Source: a virus
Lineage: Duplodnaviria > Caudoviricetes
Strand: one strand, 5' to 3'
Length of the DNA stretch: 33,401 nt
IMG/VR virus record: IMGVR_UViG_3300038316_000268
Coordinates: 1 to 33,401 of that record
The notes beneath the pieces are model-generated. The model had not been told where the DNA came from. It saw nothing but the letters and a program-made list of their open reading frames with translations, and ran no database searches. Made by a program: the position numbers and the translations under genes. Within the stretch, counting starts at the first letter, position 1. Every line of letters begins with the position of its first letter. Below, piece by piece: positions 25,737 through 33,401 of this stretch.

Positions 25737-26246
25737 TCAATAAATTATAGATGCTGAAATTTCGTCAGCGATGCTTTTTTTGAATCGCCACCGGTTACGG
25801 TAATCCAATTTTTTTATTCGATCGAACGTAAGCTTGTTATGTTTGATATTATAATAAGTCAGAATGGCTTCAATGATTTGTTTCTGCTTATAACCGTAAT
25901 CGTAACCTATAGAAAAAAAATCTCGTATACGTCGGTCAAACTCCGAGTCAAGATATGTTTGTATCTGAGTTTGACGCCAGGCAGGAATATATAGAAAATT
26001 ATTTTGAGTAATGTACTTTGTATCTCGTTGGATGGGAAGATAAAGTTTTATCGGGTTTTTAATTTCAGCGCGTGCATAATTCAGAGGTTTATCGCTCAGT
26101 GTCCACATTGAATTTATGTAGCGGCCTATCGCATGACGATCAGTAAGCAAGATGGATCCATCTTCATAAAATTCAAATTCGTGACGCAAGAAATCTTGCA
26201 ACACAGGATCTAAATCAATGATAATGTAAGGTTTATTTTCGCTCAT
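25737..26246 (-). CDS. Putative DNA-binding regulator, candidate late-gene activator (169 aa)
   Basis: Sits at the early/late junction. Basic HTH-like C-terminus (KQKQIIEAILTYYNI...TFDRIKKLDYRNR). Confidence 0.5.
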   Translation of the reverse strand: MSENKPYIIIDLDPVLQDFLRHEFEFYEDGSILLTDRHAIGRYINSMWTLSDKPLNYARAEIKNPIKLYLPIQRDTKYITQNNFLYIPAWRQTQIQTYLDSEFDRRIRDFFSIGYDYGYKQKQIIEAILTYYNIKHNKLTFDRIKKLDYRNRWRFKKSIADEISASIIY

Positions 26247-26249
26247 TAT

Positions 26250-26600
26250 TTAAAAAATTGAAAATGTATTAAAAATAATTTCAAAAGATAATTTTTTTCC
26301 CACTACACGCTACATTTGCATTAACATACTGAAAGATATGTATTTATGTTGTATTAAGCAAATTTTATAACAACTATTTGTAGTAACTTTGTAGTAACTT
26401 ATTAAAACAGGTTACTACATATGCAAATTAAATACTGATAAGCATTTGACACTTGTTTGTAGTAGGTAGCTACGTTTCTCGGAAGAAAAAATATTTATAT
26501 ACACAAAAAAAATATATAAGATAGTTAATATATTGATATATAAATAGTTATATATTTTCGTGTATGTCATGTACCCATATGCATCCATATCATACATGCA
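26250..26600. other. AT-rich non-coding region with TGTAG(TAAC) repeats; candidate replication origin
   Basis: TTTGTAGTAAC tandem at 26377-26398, inverted GTTACTACA at 26411-26419, TTTGTAGTAG at 26456-26465, CTACA at 26303 and 26310. Directly downstream of the VapE-like gene. Confidence 0.55.
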
Positions 26601-27857
26601 TTAAAAATTAAACTTTATAAAATATCTGTACTGGGGATAGATCTTGTTCGGTATACGCTTTGATTGGTTTCTGAATCCTGCTGCAGTCATTGCTGAACCC
26701 ATTTTGGTGGGGGTAATTTTCGCCGCGTCCGCTGAAATAATCTTTCGGTTCTTTCTCAAGTGATTAATAATATCACTGGCAGTGTACCAGCCGGCCTCCG
26801 GGTCGTCTTCGTCTTCGGGTTGGAGAATGTATAGGTTCACGTATTTGGCTTCGTCTGTCTGGACCTGGTAGCGTTCGTTATACTCCTGGAGTTCCTGAAT
26901 CTCTTCGTCACTGAATTCTGCATTATACTCAGTCTCTTCATACAGCAGTAACGCTTCGGCCCACATCTGATCTACTTTAACACGCTGAGAGTAGCGTTTA
27001 TCGATCTTGTCAACCTCTATGGTCCCATATCTGCTTGTCCCGTGGTTTAGCGTCAGAAATCCGCCCATTTCAGCTGTTCTGTTGGCCGTGAACATAGTGG
27101 CCGCTATGCGGGGCCTCTCGATTGGGAATTCATCGTTGCGCCGTTGGACCAGAATTTTGGGTGACCGGGTGTGTTTTTTGAATTCTTCAATGCGTGCCGT
27201 ACCTCGGTTTATTCCGACCATATCATCAAAACAAACAATTAAATAGCGTGTGAACAGATCTGACAACGAAAACTTGCTGTCATTCTCGGGCTGAACATAG
27301 TAGGACTCCAATTCTTCCGGAAGAAAAAAGCGGGTTAAGAATGTTTTTCCTATGTGTTCCTGCATTCCGATGAATCCAAGCGAAACGCTATTGGGGATGT
27401 TGTCTTTCCATTGCGCCACGGTAGCCACCATCCATTTTCGTATGAGCGTGTTCATGCGTTCCTGGTAGTACTCCGGTTCTCTGTCAAACACGCGCGGCGT
27501 AATATGTTCACACAGCTTGTCGATGTGGCTTTCGCCTTTGTACGTGCCACGGATGGCGTTGAAATAGTCTAACACCGGGTTTTCCTGCTCAAACCAGTTA
27601 GGTTCACGGAGAATGATGCGGAGATCTGTTCTGGAAATTGTTTTTCCAATACCTTTCAGGTACAGATATAATGTGTCTGCAGTTGGCGGAAACTTGTACC
27701 GGTTTTTATCACGACTTTCGATGCTAAACTTGGACGGATCCAACACGGAGGTTCGTACGATAAACGCCTGGTTAATGGTGTCTACAATGTCTTGAATGCG
27801 ATCGTCAATATACTCCAGTGTGTTTGACGCAATCTCAGGAAGTTTAATTTGGGTCAT
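26601..27857 (-). CDS. VapE/VirE-like P-loop ATPase (putative replicative helicase, 418 aa)
   Basis: NPVLDYF, RKWMVATVA, Walker A variant FIGMQEHIGKT, Walker B IVCFDD, RIAATMFTAN, QMWAEA. Confidence 0.85.
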   Translation of the reverse strand: MTQIKLPEIASNTLEYIDDRIQDIVDTINQAFIVRTSVLDPSKFSIESRDKNRYKFPPTADTLYLYLKGIGKTISRTDLRIILREPNWFEQENPVLDYFNAIRGTYKGESHIDKLCEHITPRVFDREPEYYQERMNTLIRKWMVATVAQWKDNIPNSVSLGFIGMQEHIGKTFLTRFFLPEELESYYVQPENDSKFSLSDLFTRYLIVCFDDMVGINRGTARIEEFKKHTRSPKILVQRRNDEFPIERPRIAATMFTANRTAEMGGFLTLNHGTSRYGTIEVDKIDKRYSQRVKVDQMWAEALLLYEETEYNAEFSDEEIQELQEYNERYQVQTDEAKYVNLYILQPEDEDDPEAGWYTASDIINHLRKNRKIISADAAKITPTKMGSAMTAAGFRNQSKRIPNKIYPQYRYFIKFNF

Positions 27858-27903
27858 ATTTTATTCAAAATAATGTTTTTATTACCACTCATAATTTTAA
27901 ATT

Positions 27904-27939
27904 AAAAATAACAGCCCGCGCATCGCTGCGGAAGCTGTT
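27904..27939 (-). terminator. GNRA-capped hairpin/terminator upstream of VapE-like gene
   Basis: Minus strand AACAGCTTCCGCA-GCGA-TGCGCGGGCTGTT followed by ATTTTT. Confidence 0.6.
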
Positions 27940-27974
27940 TGTTTTAGTATAACTTTCAATTTCAATGCGCGTTT

Positions 27975-28460
27975 TCAAAAGTCAACTAATTTAAATTCGT
28001 ATCGAGTCACAACAGGGTTATTTTCCCAAGTTCCCGGGCCGTTAATCCTATTAATTAACTCTTCAAAGGCACTTCTTGCGGTTAAATATGGTTGATTATC
28101 TCCAGGAGCATAAAATGCCTTCATCCATTTTAATTCATTGCCACACTTACCCTCTCTGACACCTTCTAAAATGCAATCTTCTTCAGATATCTCCTGTAAA
28201 TGTTCTCTGCGTTTATCAGTGATTTTTATAAAATACCTGGCATAATCGGCTTTCATAAACAGTTTGTTGCTCCATTTCTCCTTGTCTGGCTGCAAGCTGG
28301 AGAACTTATATTTTATCACGTTGTCTGGTTCTATCCTGTAGGGTTCTTTTAGAAAAAGCACTTCGCCAACATTGTACAGATCATTCATCCGGCGTGTTAC
28401 TATTTTCCTTCCGGAAGCAGTATCTTTAAAAAGCGGTTCTATAAAGCAAATTCCTCTCAT
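27975..28460 (-). CDS. ASCH/PUA-like domain phage protein (161 aa)
   Basis: GRKIVTRR, VGEVLFLKE, LFMKADYAR, EHLQEISEEDCILEG, WENNPVV motifs. Confidence 0.8.
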   Translation of the reverse strand: MRGICFIEPLFKDTASGRKIVTRRMNDLYNVGEVLFLKEPYRIEPDNVIKYKFSSLQPDKEKWSNKLFMKADYARYFIKITDKRREHLQEISEEDCILEGVREGKCGNELKWMKAFYAPGDNQPYLTARSAFEELINRINGPGTWENNPVVTRYEFKLVDF

Positions 28461-28465
28461 TTTAA

Positions 28466-28744
28466 TTAATCAATTCTTTTAAACATTAAATATCCGGTAT
28501 AATAATTAGTTGAGAACTTTAGAACATGTTTTTGGCTATCGCCCATATAGTAAGTAATTTTAGTCTCAACAATATTATTTTGTTCCAACGTGTCTAATTC
28601 TTCACGAATAAAGTATAGCGTTCTTATCATCTCGTTAAAATCAACTGTATGATTATCGAATGATTTCAGCATCTTATCCAGTTGATAGTTTTTATTTGTG
28701 CCCAATGGATCCCAATTATTCACGAAAGACACGAAGAATTTCAT
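28466..28744 (-). CDS. Hypothetical protein (92 aa)
   Basis: TAATG overlap with the upstream gene. Confidence 0.65.
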   Translation of the reverse strand: MKFFVSFVNNWDPLGTNKNYQLDKMLKSFDNHTVDFNEMIRTLYFIREELDTLEQNNIVETKITYYMGDSQKHVLKFSTNYYTGYLMFKRID

Positions 28745-29292
28745 TATTTGAAAAGGTTTTTCAAAGTGGGTAATTTTGAAAAATCGGGAACAACGTATTC
28801 ACGTTCTTCTTGCTTCAGTTGCTCAACTTCTTTTTCCTTCATCTTAATTTCCACGTCCTTACGTTCTCGGGCGTATTCAGCAAAACTGGTGATGATGCGT
28901 TGCGTGTCGATGCTTCCGTAGAATGTTCCGTAGCGGCTTTCGAGAATGAAATCGAAAATGAGCTTAAGATCGGCAAGCGTAATCCATCTGTGGCGGGTGA
29001 TGATGGTGTATGCCAACTGATCTGTTATAGCTGCCGGAATGCCTTTGTTTATGTTCAGAAAATCGTTCAGGAATAAGAGCCATCCGCGCATATAGGTTAA
29101 TGCCAATGTTTGGGTTCCGTCTGCAGAAAAAGTTTCTGAAAGGAGCTGTAACGTTACCGGTGTTTTGGTAAATACGTCGGCAATACGGTGCACGTCTTCG
29201 TAGTTAACCATTAGTTGCTGCGGGCCTTGTTCTTTCATGAAATCGGTAAAGTTGACGTAATTTTGTCGGAGTTGTTTTTTTAATTCTTCCAT
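28744..29292 (-). CDS. DUF6633-like phage replication-region protein (182 aa)
   Basis: WITLADLKLIFDFILESRYGTFYGSID motif. Family name is from recall; possibly a helicase loader. Confidence 0.6.
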   Translation of the reverse strand: MEELKKQLRQNYVNFTDFMKEQGPQQLMVNYEDVHRIADVFTKTPVTLQLLSETFSADGTQTLALTYMRGWLLFLNDFLNINKGIPAAITDQLAYTIITRHRWITLADLKLIFDFILESRYGTFYGSIDTQRIITSFAEYARERKDVEIKMKEKEVEQLKQEEREYVVPDFSKLPTLKNLFK

Positions 29293-29470
29293 CTGTGAAT
29301 AAGTTTAGTTGTACGTGAAATCCATAAGCGGATAGTTGCTTTTCTAAACCTGCATCTATATTCCTCCCACGGAGCATAGTTTTTATTAGCAGTTTTATTG
29401 TATAACCTTTCTTCCTGGCCCGGTAACAGAGATTATAACGGCGTTTAACGGGGTAGGGTATCTTGGGCAT
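29204..29470 (-). CDS. Basic hypothetical protein (probable start MPKIPY)
   Basis: RRYNLCYRARKKGY motif. The 3' end overlaps the next gene by 89 nt. Confidence 0.5.
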   Translation of the reverse strand: MPKIPYPVKRRYNLCYRARKKGYTIKLLIKTMLRGRNIDAGLEKQLSAYGFHVQLNLFTDGRIKKTTPTKLRQLYRFHERTRPAATNG

Positions 29471-29741
29471 ATAAAGCTGTTTTAATAGCTGACACAATGC
29501 TGTTATAGTTGAAACCTTTCTTTAATCGGATGAAAATAAAACCTTTTTCAATGTTAATTTCTTTCACTGTTATTTCATCGTTCAACCGTTCAAGATCATC
29601 GGCATTTGAAGCCTTCAAAGGCTTGGTGGTGAATACCTGATAATTTCCTTTTGCGTTTGGTTTTTTACCGATAGCTGTGAAACTATTTTCATCTTTTATG
29701 AAAACGTGAGTTTCTTTGTATTGAATCTTCAAATTTGTCAT
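29445..29741 (-). CDS. Hypothetical protein (98 aa)
   Basis: ATGA-coupled to the upstream gene. Confidence 0.65.
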   Translation of the reverse strand: MTNLKIQYKETHVFIKDENSFTAIGKKPNAKGNYQVFTTKPLKASNADDLERLNDEITVKEINIEKGFIFIRLKKGFNYNSIVSAIKTALYAQDTLPR

Positions 29742-29941
29742 AGCTTTAATTTTTCAATGTCCTCAAAAACGCCAATGTAAATTTCTTCTTCATGATCATG
29801 CATTAATTTCAGTATATCATCAATCGCCTCATTCCGGGCTTCTTTTTGGGCTAACTCGATTAACTCGTGAAGTTCAAATTCATTATCCCGCCATCTCATC
29901 AAATAATGTTCTGCTGATTTCATATGCTTTGTTTTAAACAT
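29738..29941 (-). CDS. Hypothetical protein (67 aa; may start at MKSAE)
   Basis: Short ORF in the early operon with AQKEARNEAID motif. Confidence 0.6.
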   Translation of the reverse strand: MFKTKHMKSAEHYLMRWRDNEFELHELIELAQKEARNEAIDDILKLMHDHEEEIYIGVFEDIEKLKL

Positions 29942-29953
29942 TCGTAAATTCTA

Positions 29954-30164
29954 TGTTAGCGGAAATGATTTTACCCACCCACATCTACAATAGTAGGTTT
30001 AATCGGTTCACCGCCAACCGAAGCGAATAGAGATAGTTTTTTCGTTGGTTTACCATCTTCAACCATCCAAGCAATTGAACCGCAACAAGGCGTTGAACCT
30101 GTCCAGTTTTTCAATTGAGTTTTACATACGTTGCATTCCACCCAAAAATCACTATCCGCTAACA
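29954..30164. repeat. Imperfect ~20-bp inverted repeats with integron-core-like GTTAGCG/CGCTAAC flanking a 211-bp segment
   Basis: TGTTAGCGGAAATGATTTT (29954-29972) versus the reverse complement of 30145-30164, TGTTAGCGGATAGTGATTTT. Confidence 0.8.
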
Positions 30165-30231
30165 CATTATTTGCGTCAGTGGGGGTTTCGTTTTTCATAT
30201 CTATTTGTATTGTTTTTTGTTCAGCTGTCAT
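29971..30231 (-). CDS. Small Zn-ribbon-like protein (CNVC...CC)
   Basis: ATG at 30231 follows GAAAGGATT; alternative start at 30198. The Cys cluster lies wholly within the inverted-repeat-bounded segment. Confidence 0.65.
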   Translation of the reverse strand: MTAEQKTIQIDMKNETPTDANNVLADSDFWVECNVCKTQLKNWTGSTPCCGSIAWMVEDGKPTKKLSLFASVGGEPIKPTIVDVGG

Positions 30232-30238
30232 AATCCTT

Positions 30239-30484
30239 TCACAATTCACGTTTCAAAAGAACATCACAATAGGCATCAGCATTAATCTTTTGCGTTGTTA
30301 TCTTTTGAATTTTAAACCCTGCTTCAAACAATTCATTTAGAGAATTATCAGACAAATAATCGCTTCTAAGTTCCACATACTCGCCAGGCATTGTTAAGCC
30401 TGAAATTTCTTTGCTTAGCCAATAACGCACCCAGGTGTGAGCGTTTGACTTCATAATGTTGAAGATGATTTGTTCTATATTCAT
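30239..30484 (-). CDS. Hypothetical protein (81 aa)
   Basis: ORF with A-rich leader downstream of the methyltransferase. Confidence 0.7.
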   Translation of the reverse strand: MNIEQIIFNIMKSNAHTWVRYWLSKEISGLTMPGEYVELRSDYLSDNSLNELFEAGFKIQKITTQKINADAYCDVLLKREL

Positions 30485-30518
30485 AATTTTAATAATTAAG
30501 TCACGTTTTAAATTGTTA

Positions 30519-32081
30519 TCAATTAAATGTCTCTATCCCTTTTTCAAGCAACCATTCCATCGCAGGTGGTGTTACCGCATTACCGAGTTGTCTCACTTTG
30601 TCTTTTCCCGAACCAAGAACTATGTAATCTTCATCAAATGCCATTGCCCGTTGGACTTCATGTGGTTGTATCATCCTGTATGTGCAATCTTCAAGTTTGA
30701 CATTTTCAGGATAACTTAAAACAAGGGCAACCCGGTCACGTGTTGACATGGTTCCGACAGGATCTCCCATCCCGGATGATTGCGCTTTCCCATAGTAATA
30801 GGAAAAGAATGCATTCACAGCCTCCGTTGATAATATGCCATGAGAGACTTTGGTTGTTAGTGTACTCATAGCCTGATCAATCTCTCTGGATTTGGATTTT
30901 CCTTTGTTTTCCACCATGAATGGAATGCCGACTATTCCGTGATGATTACCCCCAGCCAGTACCGTGGAGACGAATTCATTAAGTGATCTACTTTTCCCAT
31001 TCTTGTTTTGTTCATCGATCATTGCCGGCATGCCGACTACTCCGAAATTATTCTGCGTGGTCATCGTAAACTGAGCCGAAGAGAGCGGAACAATATCTCC
31101 TCCGTAACTTCCCTTTGTTACAAGTGCGGCAACCTGGCGGGTAGCTTGTGTAAACATTTTATCTTGAATACAGGATAATTGTTCCAGATTGCTGGAATGG
31201 TCTGTGTAGATTATAAAAGATGAATCCTTTTGTTTCTGAAGACCATACTTTATTCGTTCGATTGTGTTTGGAGATAGAGGTTTTGACCTGTCACCAATTC
31301 GGACAGAAGGGATGGACCAGTCTATGATATTAAACGCGGCATAGTAGTAAGGTTCGACAATAGCTCCACATTGGACACACCGGTAATCGTATTGCTGCTT
31401 GTATTTTCCGAATTTCTTCCGGGGATTCCTCCAGCTCTGAATAGATTCTACCTCCTTAGAGCAATGCGAACAAAAGCTCTTTGGGCGAAAATCCAAATCG
31501 GGTGCCGGGTTCCCTTTTTTCCAGAATACAACGTACATTCGGTCCCGGCTCTGCGGTGTTGGAAGAGCATGCATTGAATTAAGGTATACGCATTTGTGCG
31601 TGTATCCCAGATTATGCATCGCATGCAGCCAGGCATCCCACATGATCCAGACTCTTGCTTCCACAACATTTTCAACAATAATAAGATTATAGTTGTGAAC
31701 TTCGGCGAATCGCGGAACGTCCCACATGGTTGCCCTGGAACGAATGGCCGAAGGATCTATTGTCAGGTCTCCAAATAGATTTTTTGTTACCTGTAATTTA
31801 CGGCTGACTCCTTTCGCACCGGTATGATTTGTACATTCCGGTGATGCCAACATAACGTCGGTGCTCTGATAACGGCGTGGATCGGAAGCAGAGATATCAA
31901 CACAATCGTGATCCGTATCCGGGAAATTGGTATTGTGAGTTTCAACGGCAAGAGACCAATGATTCATAGCCAGTTTTATTTCCAATCCTCCGCCCATTTT
32001 CTGAGACAATCGACGTGCGCCCTGGGATGATCCTCCGGCACCGCAAAACTGATCTGTAAGTGTAATATAGCTATTTTTCAT
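30519..32081 (-). CDS. Orphan C5-cytosine DNA methyltransferase (520 aa)
   Basis: Motif I DQFCGAGG, IV variant SPECTNH, VI ENV, VIII PQSRDR, IX R...E..R, X GNAVTP. No adjacent restriction enzyme. Confidence 0.93.
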   Translation of the reverse strand: MKNSYITLTDQFCGAGGSSQGARRLSQKMGGGLEIKLAMNHWSLAVETHNTNFPDTDHDCVDISASDPRRYQSTDVMLASPECTNHTGAKGVSRKLQVTKNLFGDLTIDPSAIRSRATMWDVPRFAEVHNYNLIIVENVVEARVWIMWDAWLHAMHNLGYTHKCVYLNSMHALPTPQSRDRMYVVFWKKGNPAPDLDFRPKSFCSHCSKEVESIQSWRNPRKKFGKYKQQYDYRCVQCGAIVEPYYYAAFNIIDWSIPSVRIGDRSKPLSPNTIERIKYGLQKQKDSSFIIYTDHSSNLEQLSCIQDKMFTQATRQVAALVTKGSYGGDIVPLSSAQFTMTTQNNFGVVGMPAMIDEQNKNGKSRSLNEFVSTVLAGGNHHGIVGIPFMVENKGKSKSREIDQAMSTLTTKVSHGILSTEAVNAFFSYYYGKAQSSGMGDPVGTMSTRDRVALVLSYPENVKLEDCTYRMIQPHEVQRAMAFDEDYIVLGSGKDKVRQLGNAVTPPAMEWLLEKGIETFN

Positions 32082-32344
32082 TTTGCAAACCTCGGTAGAA
32101 ATCCCCTTGTCAATTTTCCGGTGTTTACATCAACACGACCTCTGATTCCGTTTACATCATGTGCAAAGTTTAAATCATCGGCTTCGAGTAGCCTTTTGAG
32201 ATCTAACTTACAATCGTTTAGATGAACGGCAGTAATATCCATCATCACCTCGATTTTGTCAATATTCAATCCCATTTCGATTGCTCTTTCGGCAATTTTG
32301 CCGATAAGCACGTCTTCTTCTTTAGTTGAATTCCAGTTAATCAT
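32078..32344 (-). CDS. DUF6874-like phage protein (88 aa)
   Basis: MDITAVH...LDLKRLLEADDLNFAHDVNGI...FLPRF motif. Family name is from recall. Confidence 0.7.
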   Translation of the reverse strand: MINWNSTKEEDVLIGKIAERAIEMGLNIDKIEVMMDITAVHLNDCKLDLKRLLEADDLNFAHDVNGIRGRVDVNTGKLTRGFLPRFAK

Positions 32345-32369
32345 AACTTTTAGTGTTTAATTTTTATTG

Positions 32370-32403
32370 AAAAAACAGCCGTGAACTTCACAGCGGACGG
32401 CTG
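32370..32403 (-). terminator. GNRA-capped hairpin/terminator in early operon
   Basis: Minus strand CAGCCGT-CCG-CT-GTGA-AG-TTC-ACGGCTG followed by T6. Confidence 0.7.
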
Positions 32404-32407
32404 CACG

Positions 32408-32515
32408 TTACTCAAAAATCACAGTTAATACCAGGATACCGATTATTATGCAGATCATTAAGGAAAATACTACCCCGGCATAGATTGTTACTTCAATCCA
32501 GTCATCACTAATCAT
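32408..32515 (-). CDS. Small single-TM peptide (35 aa; not in ORF track)
   Basis: MISDDWIEVTIYAGVVFSLMICIIIGILVLTVIFE. ATGA overlap with the upstream stop; ends just before the hairpin. Confidence 0.65.
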   Translation of the reverse strand: MISDDWIEVTIYAGVVFSLMICIIIGILVLTVIFE

Positions 32516-33006
32516 ATCGTATTCTTTTTTATGGTGAAATTGCTTTCAGTTTCTGCCTCATTGCCTGGTTTATCGTCCGAAAGCTGAAGAAGGATCGTAC
32601 TGTTTATATTCCTGTACCTGGAATTAATAAGTAAATCGATTATATCGAGTGCTGTTTTTTCATTTTTCGATGACAATCTGTATAACTTTGTCAATCTACG
32701 TTTTTCTTCAACTGGAATCAAAACAATGCCATAGACACCTAATAAAAATTCCTTATAATCGTTCCATGATTCCACAAATTCCGTGCTGTCGAAAGGAAGT
32801 TGAACTTCATCGGCTTCGGGATCCGGCACAAATACGGCAAATTCCTCCACCAGTTTACTCAGTGTTTTCACGTTCTTTTGAAACGTTTTCTTTATTTTCG
32901 ATACATCCGTGCTGTTACGTAAACCATTTATAACCGCAGCATCGGAATCAATCAATGTTTGTATCTGGTTTATCAGGTTGTCCCAATGTTGTTTCATACT
33001 TTTCAA
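32512..33006 (-). CDS. Hypothetical protein resembling phage replication-initiator C-terminal domains (164 aa)
   Basis: LPFDSTEFVESWNDYKEF...ALDIIDLLINSRYRNI helical pattern. Inference. Confidence 0.5.
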   Translation of the reverse strand: MKSMKQHWDNLINQIQTLIDSDAAVINGLRNSTDVSKIKKTFQKNVKTLSKLVEEFAVFVPDPEADEVQLPFDSTEFVESWNDYKEFLLGVYGIVLIPVEEKRRLTKLYRLSSKNEKTALDIIDLLINSRYRNINSTILLQLSDDKPGNEAETESNFTIKKNTI

Positions 33007-33256
33007 TAATTCTAGTTATTTCTCTGTCACGGACACTATACAATTCAGCTGCTTTATCAATCAGGTATCGGGTTTGTCGGAAGTTTCGGTTTACGCATTG
33101 CTGAATGTCGTAAATAGGATAATCACTCATGTAAGCGAAGAGAACAAAAGCTCTGCGGGCCGTCATCAACGGTTCCTTTTTGTTGAACGAGCGGATCTGT
33201 TCCTGTTCATCGGCAGTGAATAATCGATTAAAAAACTGATTGATCGGCATTCGCAT
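32948..33256 (-). CDS. DnaA C-terminal-like HTH protein (102 aa)
   Basis: NKKEPLMTARRAFVLFAYMSDYPIYDIQQCVNRNFRQTRYLI parallels the DnaA domain IV pattern (R..AR..AMY....S...IG....RDH.TV). Confidence 0.55.
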   Translation of the reverse strand: MRMPINQFFNRLFTADEQEQIRSFNKKEPLMTARRAFVLFAYMSDYPIYDIQQCVNRNFRQTRYLIDKAAELYSVRDREITRIIEKYETTLGQPDKPDTNID

Positions 33257-33258
33257 AA

Positions 33259-33399
33259 TTATGAGACTAATGGATATTCTTCTCTTCTTACCCGTTGTCG
33301 GCAGGTCCTTTCAGTTTCTACCCTGCACCGGCGCGCTCTCAAAAAATCATGTGTTTCCGTAATTTCACCATAAGTGAATAGGGCCAATAGAATTATAGC
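33259..33399 (-). CDS. 3' end of a gene truncated by the window edge
   Basis: Open frame ...AIILLALFTYGEITETHDFLRARRCRVETERTCRQRVRREEYPLVS-stop, ending 2 nt before the next ATG. Confidence 0.4.
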   Translation of the reverse strand, partial: AIILLALFTYGEITETHDFLRARRCRVETERTCRQRVRREEYPLVS

Positions 33400-33401
33400 A
33401 A

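Larger units (their letters stand above)
1..33401 (-). mobile_element. Tailed phage/prophage segment (Bacteroidota host, siphovirus-like); both ends lie outside the window
   Basis: Co-oriented terminase, portal, S49 protease, capsid, tape measure, lysis and replication genes. No recognisable sheath gene and no host housekeeping genes. Confidence 0.95.

Noticed and set aside
26415-26597. 60-aa Tyr/Ile-rich ORF
   Set aside because: Its composition reflects the AT-rich tract of the candidate origin.
369-33223. Numerous plus-strand and nested ORFs in the ORF track
   Set aside because: They are antisense or out-of-frame shadows of long minus-strand genes with no recognisable motifs. Only 15107..15382 is a convincing plus-strand gene.
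33300-33345. Plus-strand GTCCTTT and a GCAGG/CCTGC stem as a fifth late promoter or riboswitch
   Set aside because: It is in the wrong orientation, has no -7-like box 23 nt downstream, matches no riboswitch consensus I know, and lies within a probable coding frame.
1-33401. CRISPR array, tRNA, rRNA, DGR, integrase or att site
   Set aside because: I saw no repeat-spacer periodicity, cloverleaf, reverse transcriptase motif, adenine-variant repeat pair or recombinase by eye. These could lie outside the window.
1-33401. Stop-codon reassignment as in some crAss-like phages
   Set aside because: Core genes are full-length in the standard code, and TAG, TGA and TAA all end genes at sensible boundaries.

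Overview
This window is an internal 33-kb segment of a tailed (probably siphovirus-like) phage or prophage of a Bacteroidota host. Host assignment rests on TAnnTTTG promoters, AT-rich SD-less leaders and Bacteroidota-phage protein families. Almost all genes are on the minus strand. In the direction of transcription (right to left) the order is: an early/replication block (DnaA-C-like HTH, C5 DNA methyltransferase, ASCH protein, VapE-like ATPase, AT-rich repeat region), S49 prohead protease, major capsid, probable tail tube, a packaging operon (PLD-family nuclease, terminase), a ~4-kb accessory island (hicAB, secreted protein, membrane-anchored HIRAN protein, XRE divergent switch), portal, head-tail proteins, tape measure, lysis cassette, further tail genes and a truncated tail-fibre-like gene. 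The most notable non-coding signals are: (1) a late-promoter motif GTCCTTTT with a -7-like box exactly 23 nt after GTCC, in front of four late operons; (2) a perfect 15-bp inverted repeat that would hide the protease start codon only on read-through transcripts; (3) three evenly spaced XRE operators; (4) a small cassette bounded by integron-core-like inverted repeats. No integrase, tRNA, CRISPR array or reverse transcriptase is visible. Family names come from motif recognition and recall, not from database searches.
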